From the NCBI RefSeq assembly GCF_963853765.1, contig NC_088855.1, forward strand, positions 47,616,001 to 47,680,000: a stretch of 64,000 nucleotides of DNA, read 5' to 3'. Position 1 is the stretch's first letter. The number at the start of each line of letters is the position of its first letter. The DNA is from Magallana gigas. Lineage: Eukaryota. Of this stretch, positions 39,769 to 53,436 are shown piece after piece. The position numbers and the translations under genes are program-made. The notes under the pieces were generated by a model, which was given only the letters and a program-made list of their open reading frames with translations, searched no databases and was not told the DNA's origin.

Positions 39769-40213
39769 CATTCTCTCACCAGAGGTCGTGCTACACAAGC
39801 TTCACTTACACCTCTGTCAACGCCCGATGTACAAGATTCTTGTACAAACTTAAACGATGGGCAAAATGTAATTAAAATATATGTAATTATCCCTTTTCTC
39901 TATGAATATGATTATGAATAATTAAATTTAAATCTTTAACGCCGTTATTTATTTTTATTTCAACGTTACTGGGAGAACTATTTTGCGGAGGTAAACATTA
40001 AAATATGATCACAAAAATCAGGTTCTGTACACATTCAGCGATAATTTTTACATAAATCAGAAGCAATGTCATCTCATGTGATGTTTTTAACAGTGTTCTC
40101 AAAGTCATTGCCCGTCGATGACTTCCTTTCAAGCTGATTGTACAGAAGAAGCGAATGTGCTCGCCATGCTTGTTCTGTGTAGCACGACCTCTGGCATGTC
40201 TGGTGAGAGAATG
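39769..40213. mobile_element. Non-autonomous DNA transposon with 9-bp TSD (Mutator-like or similar)
   Basis: TSD AAATCGTAT at 39760-39768 and 40214-40222; TIR CATTCTCTCACCAGA plus subterminal GAGGTCGTGCTACACA. Confidence 0.85.
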
Positions 40214-41760
40214 AAATCGTATGTGTTGTATACCTACTCGAAAAGAGTTATGTTCCTGTGATCAAATTTCATTCACCAGCTATAGCTATACATAGACGTC
40301 GGAACCGGGGGTGGGGGCTTAGCCAGACCTTACCATAAGCCCTAGGCATCAGCCCCCCTCCCCACTTTCTCTCGTAGCAAACATAATTGTGCCTAAATGT
40401 ACCTGGAAACGATTGAAATATTAATACTGATATTGTAACTTTTAGTAATAGATTTACTACCCCCCCCCCCCCCCCTTGAATGTTACTTGAATAGATATAG
40501 TAAGCATTGATCAAATATATTGATACAAAACAACTTGGCTTAATGTTTACATGTAAAATTTTCCGGATCTAAGTAGATATCTGATGTCAATCAAATTCTT
40601 CCCTAGCCTCTTTTCTATACATTCTTTTCATATAATGTACACCGAGCTCATCCCGAAAGATCATACTTACTAAAAAATGTTTTTATCCAGGGATAATCTT
40701 ATGATATCTGATATGATTTTGTTTATTTCGTCTCCATCCGGCGGTTACGGCATGCCTTTTCCTGCAGCTAGCCACATAGCTGTTTCCATATATGGTATGG
40801 TCAAAATTCGACAAACCTGTAGACTTTACATTTTTCGTGTTGTAAAATGGCAAACTATGCTATTTCAAAAGCGAAGTTACAAATCCAGAGACTACAGATG
40901 GAAAGTCTGTATCATAGTGACAGGTTACATGTAAATAACAAACAGCATTTTACTGCTGCAAATGTGCTTCTGTAGAAAGAATTTAGATTGAAGACCTGCT
41001 GAGTCAACTCTTATAGGTTATACGATCAAAATTACAAACATTCATACTCACAAACAGTTTACATGTCTGGATTTTTAATCCGATTTCTATCGGCGCTTTG
41101 AACGAGTTGTCTTTCTTTGCATTGAAATGCTTTATTATTCCTACAATAAAATCAGTTGTCACATGTCTTTATAGGTCTTTTGATTTATATTATAAGCATG
41201 AATGAAAGTTTTGAATGCTTACTTTTACTTATTAAAGTTTTAATCAAGCACACTTAAATTGTCTCACTGAAATTGACAAATTTTATTTTTATCTCTTATT
41301 TGAACGCAGATTTCAACGTTACAATATCTTGGTGTGTTTTGTGATAAGAGATAACAATTTCAATGAGTACAGCTGAGTTATCGTGTTGACTTAGGAATGA
41401 ATTCCTGATCGAACTGATTATCTGGAATCGTTGTGATCGAACATTTTTTTCGGGTTTCCTCAAAAGAAAACTTTTACTTCCGTGTAGATGTACATGTAAA
41501 TTCACGATGATTGTGCTTTCATTGTTTCTTTTGTCATCCATCTTCATATCAGGTATAGTTATTTATTCTTCACTGAAAAAGACAGCCACTACTAAGTTAT
41601 CAAATTTTGTATTAAAAAACTATTGGAACACTTTTGAGACTCCATTGTTAAAGGTGTATTTATTGATTTAGACCAAAAGATAATAGTCACATCGGTCCTA
41701 CGTACATTTATAAATTTATCAATATTTTGTTTGATAACGACAGTAACATTTCGTGTTCGT

Positions 41761-43598
41761 ATGAAAATGATAATTTTTTCAAAAGTCAAAATATGGCGTG
41801 ATATGTTTTTATTGTTAATTTATGGATGCGTAGTAACTGAGAGTAGCTGTAATGGTTGTGTGTTTGACATTTTATATGAATTTTATTGTATATACAATAT
41901 ATCCTAAGTATTAAATTTGATATGTGTTTACATTGACACAATGAGTTGACGAAGTGGTCACTTTAATTTTCACAGATGCAACCATTTGCTACCAGTGTTC
42001 AGACGCTAAATCCGGGGGGATGTGCAAGCATGACGTTCAGGGGATGCTCGCAGATCGAACACGGTTACTGAACATGAGCGACGTGGAAAACTCAGACTAC
42101 AATAGCAAATTTACTTATCTTAAAAACTGCGTGAATGCTTGGGGGGAGTATTGTCTAATAGAGAACATCAGAGAAGCAGGTTTGTGTCCTATCGTTCATG
42201 CATGATTGTTACCTGACTGACTGGTGGTGGCTTTAATGTGGAAGACTTAGATTGAGTTTCAAATAGCTTAATATCTTCTGATATGTATAAATATATTTCA
42301 AATATGTCATTATTTTTTTGTTGTTGTTCGGTTAACATTTTATTCTACTAAAATCAATTATTGAATTTTAAAAAAAATGCGGAAATTCTACTAGAGATAA
42401 ACATGCCTTCTATCTTAGTGACAGACAAATCTCTCTTTAACGATTTTGCAATATTTATTCGTTTGCCACTTAGAAACCATAAAAATCTTTCATAATTCTA
42501 TGAATTGTCCTTTTATCATCGGACACTTTTTTAGTCGTGGTTGTCCAACATTATAAATAGTACAAAATGCCATTTTCCATTTCAATTGTAATATTTTTTT
42601 TTTTTAAATATGCCATACAATATTACATTATACCAACTTAATAAGTGTTAGCTGTGTTTCAGATATGAATAACTGTTCCTAAATCTAGTAATTTAGTGTA
42701 AAACGTTGGTTGACAACTTTAAAAAATGCGGCTGTAATTGTACTGCCTATCCTAAAGATGTTATTTGGAAACTTGATCATTTATAATATTTATTTGTTTC
42801 TTTAATAGATTGAAGTGTTTTTAACTTCTTTCACAATGACTATATTCTGCCACCCAACCTTTACTGTAGATTCCAAGACTGGCAAGAGGATATATTTACA
42901 CTCCATGTATATTTCTCATTATGTTTGCATTGGAAATATGTGACGTTTCATTTTCAATAACACGTCAAACCTGATCACGGCTTAGGAGCATAAGTAAACG
43001 TTTTGAATAGATTTATTATATGGTTATATGGTATGATTAAATGGAACGTTCAACTTACATAACCGATTTGGCATATATTTATTTTTTTCAAAAATCGTTA
43101 AATTATATATATTCGTTAATAAGAAAGGAAAATTTTCGACAAAGTTTCCGGAGCTAACGCGCGGTATTCAATCTATCTGCAAAGGCCTGGTGTGTTTCAG
43201 AACCGACAATATCCAAAAACAAGCATTCAATGCTGAAACAGATACAGGCTTACAAGTACAACCGTTTCAACTGAATTTGCCTTACATTCTTTCTAATATG
43301 ATTTTCAGGGACTGGGCAGCTATTTTCCTTCGTAAGAGGATGCACGGATGGAAAAATATTCTCACTGACGGATTTTCCAGATCGAACAATTGTTTCTGAC
43401 AACCAGACAACATGTGCATTTCGACCAGGAAGCGGGAAAGTTGTGGTCTGCTTGACAATGTGTAAAACAGATTTCTGCAATGGACCACTGCCAGACATGA
43501 ACAATGGAGGAATCACCAGCTCTCTCAGTCCAGTGTTGTTTATACCTTTACTTCTAGCTGTGATTACTAGTATATTGTACGATGTTAGGTGCCGGTGA
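41761..43598 (+). CDS. Ly6/uPAR three-finger (Quiver-like) GPI-anchored protein, paralog 2
   Basis: Exons 41761-41848 (signal-like; start codon less certain), 41976-42179 (ICYQC..GGMC...KNC..WGEYCLIE), 43309-43598 (FVRGCTDG...DNQTTC...VCLTMCKTDFCNGP + hydrophobic tail); phase-1 introns. Confidence 0.8.
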
Positions 43599-46500
43599 AG
43601 TCTTAACACTTTTGCTATCTTTTGATATGAAACAAATTGTGAAGAGAACAACAGAGTTAAAACCAACTTTTTATTCAAATGTTTATGTTGCATATTACAT
43701 GTAAATTAACTTTGATGATATATGTGAAATGTGCGTTATGATTTTCTTCATCAATCTGATCAATGCAAAATAGTTAAGGAATAGTTCTAAGATTTTGCGC
43801 TCACCTGGCCGCATGCAAACGTAATTTTTATTATTTCTGGTTTGAAATAATATGAGAGCTGACATAATTTTCCTGTAGTTTTAGTTTCATCTCAAAATCA
43901 AATGTGTAAATACTATTGTATGACACATTCATTTTTCTGTGAAACGATCATTTATTTAATAGTTCCTATTCTTTATTCCCATAAAGAACTAGTTGAAGGG
44001 ACATCCATCCTTAGATATACCGGTATGTACTATTGTACATAAAGAGTGTTTTCATCTTATTGTTTCTTGTTACCTGTTTTTTTAACTCTGATGTTGACTT
44101 TTAATTTCAAATAAATGTCAAATAATTCGAAAATAGACAATGGAATTCTCTGTCAATTCACAGATTTATTTACTCTTAGTTAAGAGCGTTTTTTTTTTAA
44201 ATCGCAACAACAGCATTATTTCTCCAGTGAGGCATGTTGACTTTGCAAACAAGGGAAAAATGAAGCGCAAACATCTAAATGGTTTACTGTCTAACAGGTT
44301 TTTGGAAACATGCACTTGATAAAAGAGTAATTGCTTTTTTAATGTATTGCATTGAATCAGTTGTAAACATTTTGGAATACTATGCGTGATTTAATTCTTT
44401 TGAGATTCAGTTTGTCTATTACACTGTTAATATCGTGTATATTTAAAATATTTTTCACTACCCGAATGTTCAATGAGTGTTAAATGAGTCCCCGTTTTCC
44501 TCTCATGAGGTTTTAGTATTTAACAAACTACTTCAATATGTTATGAAAAGATATCTTCATCAGTTTATAAACACAGAGTATTATCAACCATTTTATAATT
44601 TCAAAAACTGTTATACACTCGTCTTCCCTGATATAATGAAATATTTTCCTCATAAGGCAGTTGAGTTGTTATGGGATAAGTTTTGCACATTTGCTGCTAA
44701 TATATACATTTACAGTATTTGCGGAGTCTGTTTGTCTAAACAAACATTTGCTTTAAAAGATGAGTATTGGTTAACTATATTTAATTTCCCTAAATTGTTT
44801 CTATCTTTCAAAACTTTGCAAAGAAAGAGAGATTGGCGAAATCAAGGCAAAACGAAAGCTTCAAATTTGGTTATGTAATATGCATTTGATTAAAAGCATT
44901 TGACAACTATGAAGTTTAATTAAATCGGAAAAAAAGATAAGTTAAAAAACCTCTAAATATATTGTTTACCTACTCGAAAAGAGTTTAGTCCCCATGATCA
45001 AACTTCTTTCACCAGCTTTAGCTATTGGTTCATTATGTTCAATGTAAATTGACGGTCATGTCTACTGAAAATGATTAATTGCATTTTAACGTCTTTTTAC
45101 TCTTCGTTTTTTTTTTAAAACTTCATTAGAACATTATGCAACTTTTCTTTTCCGACAGTATTGAAAGTAGGCATTTTCTCATCTGCGAGACTCGCTCTTT
45201 CTTCCACTTGTATTAGATTTCAATGATGCATTCATTGAGATTAAATTGTACAATTCTAGAATGATTACGCGATTTGTAAAGTTGTTAGGTGGAGATAAAC
45301 AGATAACCGATCTAAACTTGATTGTTTTTACCATTTTAAACTTGCATTGATCCAAATAAAAACTACCCCGAGTTCTCTTAGTAACAAGGCATACTTGGCA
45401 ATGCAATTAATGTATTTGAGCTATAAAAATCCGACGTGTTAATTCTGAATGCTGGGGGAAATCTGCATTTCACCGTCTCAAAACTTTGAACATGTTTCTT
45501 CATTAGAAAGAAATGTTAACAGAAAGTGAAACGGAGTCCATTAAATCAAGCCCTGAGAATGTTTGTCTAACGCCGAGTGCTGAAAGACAGTTATAGACGC
45601 CAAACTTTCTTCAATGTACGTACAAATATTTAATTCCAAAACCGTAACACAACTTTACATTGTAGCCATAATGAAGATCAGATTTAAAAATACGAGATTA
45701 ATCTTCTGATTTTTATCCGATTTGTTCCATTTTTCAATACACTTTCTTAAGTCGTCCAAGCTGTTGATTATGACCCAAGGCGTATTAGGGGCCTTACTTT
45801 GTACCAGGGGTTGTGCTGTACGGTTGTTAAAGCGGCACTTAATGACCAAGGATTAGCGATTTATTTGATTATAGGATACCATTAGTTCTATTGGAAATTA
45901 CATCACTATTCTAAATAATCAGCAAGCAGTTTCTCTCTAGAGTAACAGCACAAAATTGTGCGTTTTGAGGATTTTATCTCACTCTGCCTTTTTTGAAATG
46001 GAGGAAATAAATAAATTCAAGCTGTAGTGAGGTAAGTTTTTTAATCAAATAATATAGCTGTACCGAGCCAGGTGTACCTTGAAATTGATTTAATTTTCAC
46101 TTTGAAAATTAGCAATAAGGTTATAAAAGTTTTTTATTGTTACTAGATAAATAAAAATTATAATTATCAACTTAACGGGAGTTTAAAAAAATTATCGATC
46201 AGAGACCATAGATCATTTACAAGCAACGCATTTAGTCTTCGTATACACTACAAAGAGGGTTCTGTGAGCCATTACAAGTGTTAAATGCTGTCTTCGGGGG
46301 GTAGCTGATAACCGGCTAGATATTGTCTCTGTCATGTGTTGGCCATCACCCGATCTTTCATATTATGGGAACCTCTTACCAACAATCTATATCGTCAATT
46401 CATTACTACACTTAATAGCAGTCCTTATTTATTTATCATGAGGTCTATTTTTCTTAATAAAACCTGTACAGCTGAACCTATACTTAAACCATTGAGTACA

Positions 46501-46717
46501 TATTTCCATAACTCATGAAATGTCTTTCACGATCTGGTGTTCTAACTTTACACGGAAATCAATTCTAAATACAAACCTGTCTTTAAATGGTGGCTGAAAA
46601 GTAAAAGCGCGCAAGCGACATGTGCACAATAAGGAACCGATGAATATACCATTGTGTATGAGTAAAAAGTGATTATTACAGGTGAAACCTCAGAAATTCG
46701 CCATGTGACAGCGGAAA

Positions 46718-47203
46718 ATGGCCTCGCCACCGACGGCGGCATCACAAGCCTGGACAGAGGAAACTCAGGTCAAAGAGGAGGAAGAGAGAAAACCGTTAAC
46801 TCGCATTGTAAGGTTTCTTTTTTTCAACTTTTAAAAAATTTTCAAAGAAGTGAATTAAATTGATTTTTTTTTCAAACTCATTTTTGCATAGTATATATGT
46901 AATGTACACATTAAATAATCTTAATTTTAAGTACAACATCAAAATTACAAAGACTAATATTATCAAAACCGATTTGGTTTGACTTTTCCTATAGCGTCAC
47001 GATCATTTCTGTCAGCTACGTCATGCATAAATTATACACGCCGCCGGTGTGAAAACTATATGATTGGTTAACTCCTATTTTTAGGCCGAGTTATCAGTAT
47101 ACGCTTATGCAATGCCAGAGCTGAAGGATTTCTCAAAACAGTTTATTTCCCCCCAATATTATTCATTCAAAATCGACTATCCCGTATGTTTAAATTCTGT
47201 GTT

Positions 47204-47245
<42 letters not shown>

Positions 47246-50200
47246 AACGGGCGTTAAACCATAGCCTCAAGCTACGGTCCAGAGTACGGCGTTATAAAAA
47301 ATATAATATTTAAAAGTTGCATGTGCTAAGCGTTCATTTCATGTAAATACCGTAAATGTATAATGCACATGTATTACCTACTAACTTGCCAGTCAAAGTG
47401 ATAGGTATGAATTCCTCGATTTCTACACCTTTCGATCGGCAATCGACAGTCAATAAAAGTATTGAACGATGGTGTGAAAGAACGAGACGGAAGTGGAGAG
47501 TGCAAGGAGGTTTGTACATGTGCGTCTTCATTAGGCAAGTGTCCGATTCGTTTCTCTTCTGTTGCCCTATCACTTTCGGGGTAAATATATATACTAAAAT
47601 ATCCACAAAACATTTACTGCAGATTTCTTTATTTTACCTGTCTCTGAACCCCCGATCACCCGCTCCATACATGAACACTGGTTTGTATACATACATAAAA
47701 ATACAGTTCTTGATCCGCTTTCCGAGTACGGTTAAAGGTTGTTTAATAGGAGAAAGTTTGGGGCGGGTAAAGCTACAATTATTAACAATAGTAAACTAAA
47801 TGAAGAATTATTTAAATGGATTATTTGCACAAAATGTGGTATGGTATGATGTAAATATTTTTAAAAAATAGTTGTTATTTTTATACGCGGCAAATTGCCG
47901 TAAAGTTTTTTTGTACATGTAAGTATTGTATGCACTGTAGCTTTATATTTTCTAACCCAAAATTTATACACAGAGCTACAGCTATATATGTTATGTACCG
48001 TATGTATTGTTTTATCACAAGTGTACACTTTCGAAAAATAGCCCAATTTCGACAGTCACGAGTACCCATGTGAATTTTTCATTCTCTGATATGTTGTTGT
48101 TCTGTCCGTGCATAATTTAGTCTTAGTTAACCAGCAGCCAATCAGCGGTAAGCTGAATCCACCAATAAAAAAACTGTGGTTGAGGTGCGGGTATTGTTTA
48201 TGTATGACGTAGCTGAAAAAGTTGAACGCGACGCGATCGGAAAAGTCAAACCAAATCGGTTTTAGTAATATATATGTCAGACATTAGAATCATTGGCATT
48301 GTAATAAAAGGAGAACAGCAACATGATGGAGAGAGGGTGAAAAAGAAAACAAATAAAGAAAGTTAACTTAAAAGAAAAAAGTTAATGGAGGAAATACAAT
48401 TGATTTGGCTGAAGGAAATGTACTCCTCTTTATTATTTGGGTTATTAAGGACATAGTTAAAGATGAAGTTAAGGACGATACACGATAAGAAATAATTACG
48501 TAGGTTCGATGATCTGTCCTTTTTATGTGTCTGTTACGAATGAACACTTTTAAATTTAATGAGTCCATGACTAATTTTAGTTCTGTTAGCGACTATAATT
48601 TGTTACTTAATAAAAGAAATATGAATAATATATATATAACAGTTCTTTGTAATGTTGTAAATTTTAAATTGACTAGGTGGGTGTAAATACAAAATATACA
48701 TGACAACAGTTGTCATGTTGTAAATTGTGTATTTACACCCTGAATTAATTTACGACTTATTCAATTAAATCTTGAAAAAAACCAGTCAAATTTCAATCGG
48801 GAATTGGTCCTTTTTGCAGGACCTGCATGGAAGGGATACTAGCATATAACATGTATAACATGGTTTTTTTATGCCAACCGAAAATACAGCCCATTCTCCA
48901 TGTAATTTCTCTCTGTTGTAAAAATCCAAATTCAGATTACAGTCACCAAGACAACTTTCAATACAGGAAGTTATTTAGACGTACCCTGCGCCTTAACAAA
49001 ACAGTTCACCGTACACAAAAAGAAGTTATAAATGATAACTCTGATCAACTTTAATGTACGAGTGTAAATTTCATTTCAAAAACTTATTGATAAGGTATCA
49101 TTATTTAAACTGATTTCTCATAGTTTAGTTCTTTAAAACCAAGACCTAATCAAATACAGGAAATACAAAAAAGTAACATATATATGATTAAATATTTAAT
49201 CTTTTGTTGATGATTATATAATTTAGATCTGGATATGTAATGGTGATTTTTGCCTTAAGAGGTTAATCTGTGTTAGTTATTCTATAAAGTCATACACCGT
49301 GGTATATCTTATACTGACTTTAACGTCATAGCGGACACTTTTGCACCGGGGATTTGTTGACTATAATCATAGTGACAATGATTTTCGCTAATATACAGAT
49401 TGAAAAGGCTACTGGACAGAGAGTGAAGGATTTGACGAAGCCACCAAAGAATAGTGTTCCGTATACAAGCACAGCAGCCAGGTCTAAAAAGGTGATTAAA
49501 ATGCAGAATAGGTATGCTAGAGCCCGACCGGTACCCAAAGGGGCCAAAGTTCCCGGCGTGGACGACGAATCCGCACAAGTGCCGTTCTTTCTACCTTCAG
49601 AAAAACCAGCAGGTAATGTTGTTTTTAAGTGAAAAAAAATTGACAGCAATCGCAACATGTTGATAAGCTGTTACGTATTACAGTATGAATTGGTTTTCTT
49701 TTTAACATTTAAATCACATGTGTGTATTTTTAATTTTGCAGCGTCATTCTTTGCCACGTTAGATTCCAATCACAGAAAATCAATGTCTGAATACAGTCGA
49801 ACTCTAGAAGGAAAAAACTCAGACCGGAAATCCAATTTGCGTCGACAACACGCTTTCATCAAAGTAAAAAGTAAACGGGAAAATGTTTTGAACGAAAACG
49901 AAATATTAGAAAGAAAAATGCCAAAACAAAAGACAAGTGCCCACATTGGTTCCAATATCATAGGAGATATGTTACCCGTGTATGACACATTTAACGATGA
50001 TTTTGAAGATGACTTACGAAACAACAATTATGACCCTAGTGATTTATTAACAAAAAGAAATGTGCTTCTTAGAAAATCACAGTCGATGATGGCTTTGGAG
50101 AAACCAAGCATCAAACGATCAGTGTCTAGTGGAACGTTTCGAGAATCCCCCGTGACTCCAAAGCTGCTAGAGAGATCGGGTTCTGGGTTCAATACATTGT

Positions 50201-50661
50201 TTTCCTATAATTCTGCCAACGCCCAAAGACGACGAAGGACATTCGGAAGGGATCCAATCCAGGAAGTTCAGTCTGCCCGAGATCCAGAAAAATTTCCAGT
50301 TTACGATAAGAAAGAAATTGAGCAAAGTTTGGACGAGATTGATTTGTTGCTGCCAGGAGTCTGCATTTCATCACCAAGGAGACCGTCCACTGTACGACCT
50401 TCTACCAACATGAAACCGACGAGAACCCCAACATACTGTAGTTGTTGTAGTTTGTGTGACAGTCCGAAATCTCAGCTCGAAAGTCCCAGTCCGTTTGAGC
50501 TAGAACATCCTGACCTGTTCTTGCAGAGGCGGCCAAGGATGTCTCACCACTGCACCTATTGTCAAACAGACGATGGGAAGAAGCTCGTGCAATACGCTCA
50601 TGGTGACGTCATTAAAACATTTGACTGGTTGAGTAAGAATGCAAAAGAAACACCTTTGTAA
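46718..50661 (+). CDS. Uncharacterized, largely low-complexity/disordered protein
   Basis: Exons 49399-49612 and 49742-50661 join in frame (AG/GT sites seen). Candidate first exon 46718-46807 (MASPPT...LTRI|GTAAGG) is tentative. No family recognised. Confidence 0.55.
46958..48270. mobile_element. Non-autonomous DNA transposon with long (~100-bp) imperfect TIRs
   Basis: AAAACCGATTTGGTTTGACTTTTCC...CAGCTACGTCATGCATAAA (46965-47030) is the reverse complement of 48198-48265; contains a (CT)n tract at ~47207-47240. Confidence 0.8.
48679..48740. repeat. ~62-bp imperfect palindrome
   Basis: GGGTGTAAATACA...CATGACAAC-A-GTTGTCATG...TGTATTTACACCC. Confidence 0.75.
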
Positions 50662-52030
50662 AGAATACTCCAGCCAGACTGCTTGCATTGAAATATTGGT
50701 AACATTCAGTGGTTTGTGCTTTCTGTATGATTTTTACAATATGTTGAAAGAAAAAATGTCATTGATTCAGCACAATATATTTAATGAATTATTTGATTTT
50801 ATTTGTTATCAAAATACAGAATCTACATTAATCTAGCTATTACTAGTACGTTACAATGAGGCTAAAACCTTCCCCAATTCCTTTACTTTTTACACTTTAT
50901 AAAATTTATTTTTATGCAAAATTAAATATGAAAAAAAAAATCACTCACATTTTATTAGACCTGTAGTCAAAGAAGACTATTATAATTTAATTCAGAAACT
51001 ATTCATCATAATATAATATAAAAAATGTGTATGATTAATTTTTAAAAAAAACCAACAGAATGATTGATAATTAAATATAATGAAAATATATCAAAACATT
51101 AAAATGTATGCATTTTGAGATTACAAAATAAGTTATGCGACAAAAAGTACAACAATCAATACAAGTCGATTATAAAATGGTTTCTACACATGTCACCTTG
51201 ATCATTATGAATCTTAACGAATAAAGGCTTCTCTTATAAAAGTTCAAATATCAAGTGTCCACTACATAAGAGTATAAATTTCAATGTTATTATAATTAAA
51301 AAAAGAGTGAAGTCGTATGCAAATATCACATAAACACATTCAAGATGAATACTCACAAATGTCTCTATGATTATGTTTCCAGTAAGGGGATATGTTAAAT
51401 CGAAAATTTTTATTCAAGCGTCCCAGAAAAGTCCAGAAGATTAGTAAACACAATTCGACATTAAACAGATATTACATGGCTTCGAGGGCGACATACTAGA
51501 GTATTTGCCCCGAGTCGACTATTCACATTTGTTTTGCTAAACTTCGAACGTAATTTTTATACAGGAGGGTGATAAAAAATATTTTCGGTGTGATTCAGCA
51601 ATTTTCAGGGCATAGTAATAATGTTATCTCTTTTGTGACATAACGATAAAACTTTTTCAAAAATGTTATGTAATTAAACAGGTCAGAACCTGATGGATTT
51701 CTTGAATGATGTTTAATCAAAATGGCTTGCTATTTCACTTATTTACAACAAAATATAGTCTAGATTAGAAGGGATCTATAACTAAAAAGGCCCTCTTTTA
51801 TTATTGTTAAACTCTTCCTGGGTCTTAACTACCACATACTTAAAACAAATCAACAGGTTGAACTGCAAGAAACAGAAACATTTAAAGTCTTTGTAAGCTG
51901 ATTTGTTGTCCATAATAATAAAGTTTCATAATAGCAAAATCAAAACTTAGAAGCCACTTTAGTAAACAAACAATGAAATATATTTTATGGAGAAAATATT
52001 GGTTACTCGGTGAAAAAAAATATAAACTTT

Positions 52031-53436
52031 TCATAGTAAAAGTATTCCTGATATCAGAAATACAAGGTATGTGTAGATACGTTTATGTGTATAAAGTAAA
52101 GAACAGGAACTGGTTCCAGTATATTCTTTCACCATTTTGATATATTTCAATGGTCCGTTACAGAAGTCCTCTTGACACCACGTGATACACGCCAACAAAT
52201 GGTCCTGGGAGTCGGGATAATACTGGCAAGCTGTCTGGTTGTCCGCAGAAAAATTATGGAAACCACTCACCGATATATCAGTCTTCCCTTTCGAACATCC
52301 CCGAATAAAAGACAGTGTCTCTCCTAAGGATATAAGAAATTTGATTAGATCTAAACTACTGAATAAGCACTTACTTGAGTGTAAATTTCCAATTGGTGTA
52401 CTGAAATAAAGCTGATAAATGCAGATTTTAGAACCATTTTAAACCTTATTGTCAAGAAAAGTAAAGTGATTTATCAAAACATAACATATAAAAAGGTATT
52501 TATTGTCAATTTGTTTATATTGGACTTATTATTGCAGATTACAGTTGGAAAGTCTTGATGAATGTATAGATCTTTTAAAACAAATTTTACCTTAACAGAA
52601 TGCAATATTGCAAATCAATTTTAGATATAGAAATAAATTCGTCGGTTTCTTTGGGTGTTTTTTTTCAAAGACAACAATCCTACTTATTGTAATCAAAAGG
52701 TGTGAATCAGTTGACATGGATTATCTCTCCCGACTGTCACTCACCAGTTACTGCAAAAAGAATAAAGAGCATTTAAAGTGTAAGAATGACACTGAAAAAA
52801 CTATTACAAAACTTATTTTATATTTCGTTACAATCACTATTGTTATCAACGAGTAATTAACTACATCTAGTCATCTGGAGTAAATCTTGATTTTACTCGA
52901 TAGAAAATTCATACAAATTTAGTAATTGTCTTTATATCAAACCATCATAAGTAACCAGTAACTATACACTCAGATAATTAATGAGACTGTTTGAGGAGTA
53001 CATACTTCTCTCCGTGTAGTGTTCAATCACGCAGTATTCCCCCCACTCAGACGTGCAGTTTTTGAGATAGCCCCTATCGTGATCTCCGCCAATTGTACCA
53101 TTCTCATGAAGAAAGGTCAGCACAGAGTTTTCGAATTTCTTCATATTTGATTGACAATTTCCCAAAAATTTGGAGTCGGCGCATTGGAAACATATTACTG
53201 ATTCTGTAAAAGAGTTTTAGAAAACATAAAATACTGGATTATATAACATGTTCAAAACAATAACTACATATTAACATAACCAATTTATTATGTATTCAAT
53301 TTAAGATTATAAAAATGAAATGTAGAAGAGCAGAAACATATTTTATTTATATAATATACATTGACTCACCGGAATATCCTAGAAGTGAAAGAAATATAGC
53401 AATGCAAAACACGGACATTTCGCAGAATTTCACCAT
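52031..53436 (-). CDS. Ly6/uPAR three-finger (Quiver-like) GPI-anchored protein, paralog 3
   Basis: Exons 53436-53370 (MVKFCEMSVFCIAIFLSLLGYSG), 53203-53006 (ICFQC..LGNC...KNCTSEWGEYCVIE), 52323-52031 (FIRGCSKG...DNQTAC...ACITWCQEDFCNGP + hydrophobic tail). Confidence 0.8.

Larger units (their letters stand above)
35830..40290 (+). pseudogene. Relic duplicate of the Ly6 paralog-2 locus lacking the coding exons
   Basis: Colinear similarity: 35833-35965 to 41100-41255; 36040-36185 to 43655-43795; 37187-37238 to 44650-44705; 39610-39750 to 44705-44940; 40228-40290 to 44965-45030. Confidence 0.7.

Noticed and set aside
44477-44878. 133-aa ORF downstream of Ly6 paralog 2
   Set aside because: AT-rich, low complexity; the paralogous copy is interrupted and diverged without frame conservation.
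47356-47799. 147-aa ORF considered as an exon of the orphan gene
   Set aside because: Lies inside the long-TIR transposon, has no phase-compatible splice sites and no recognisable domain.
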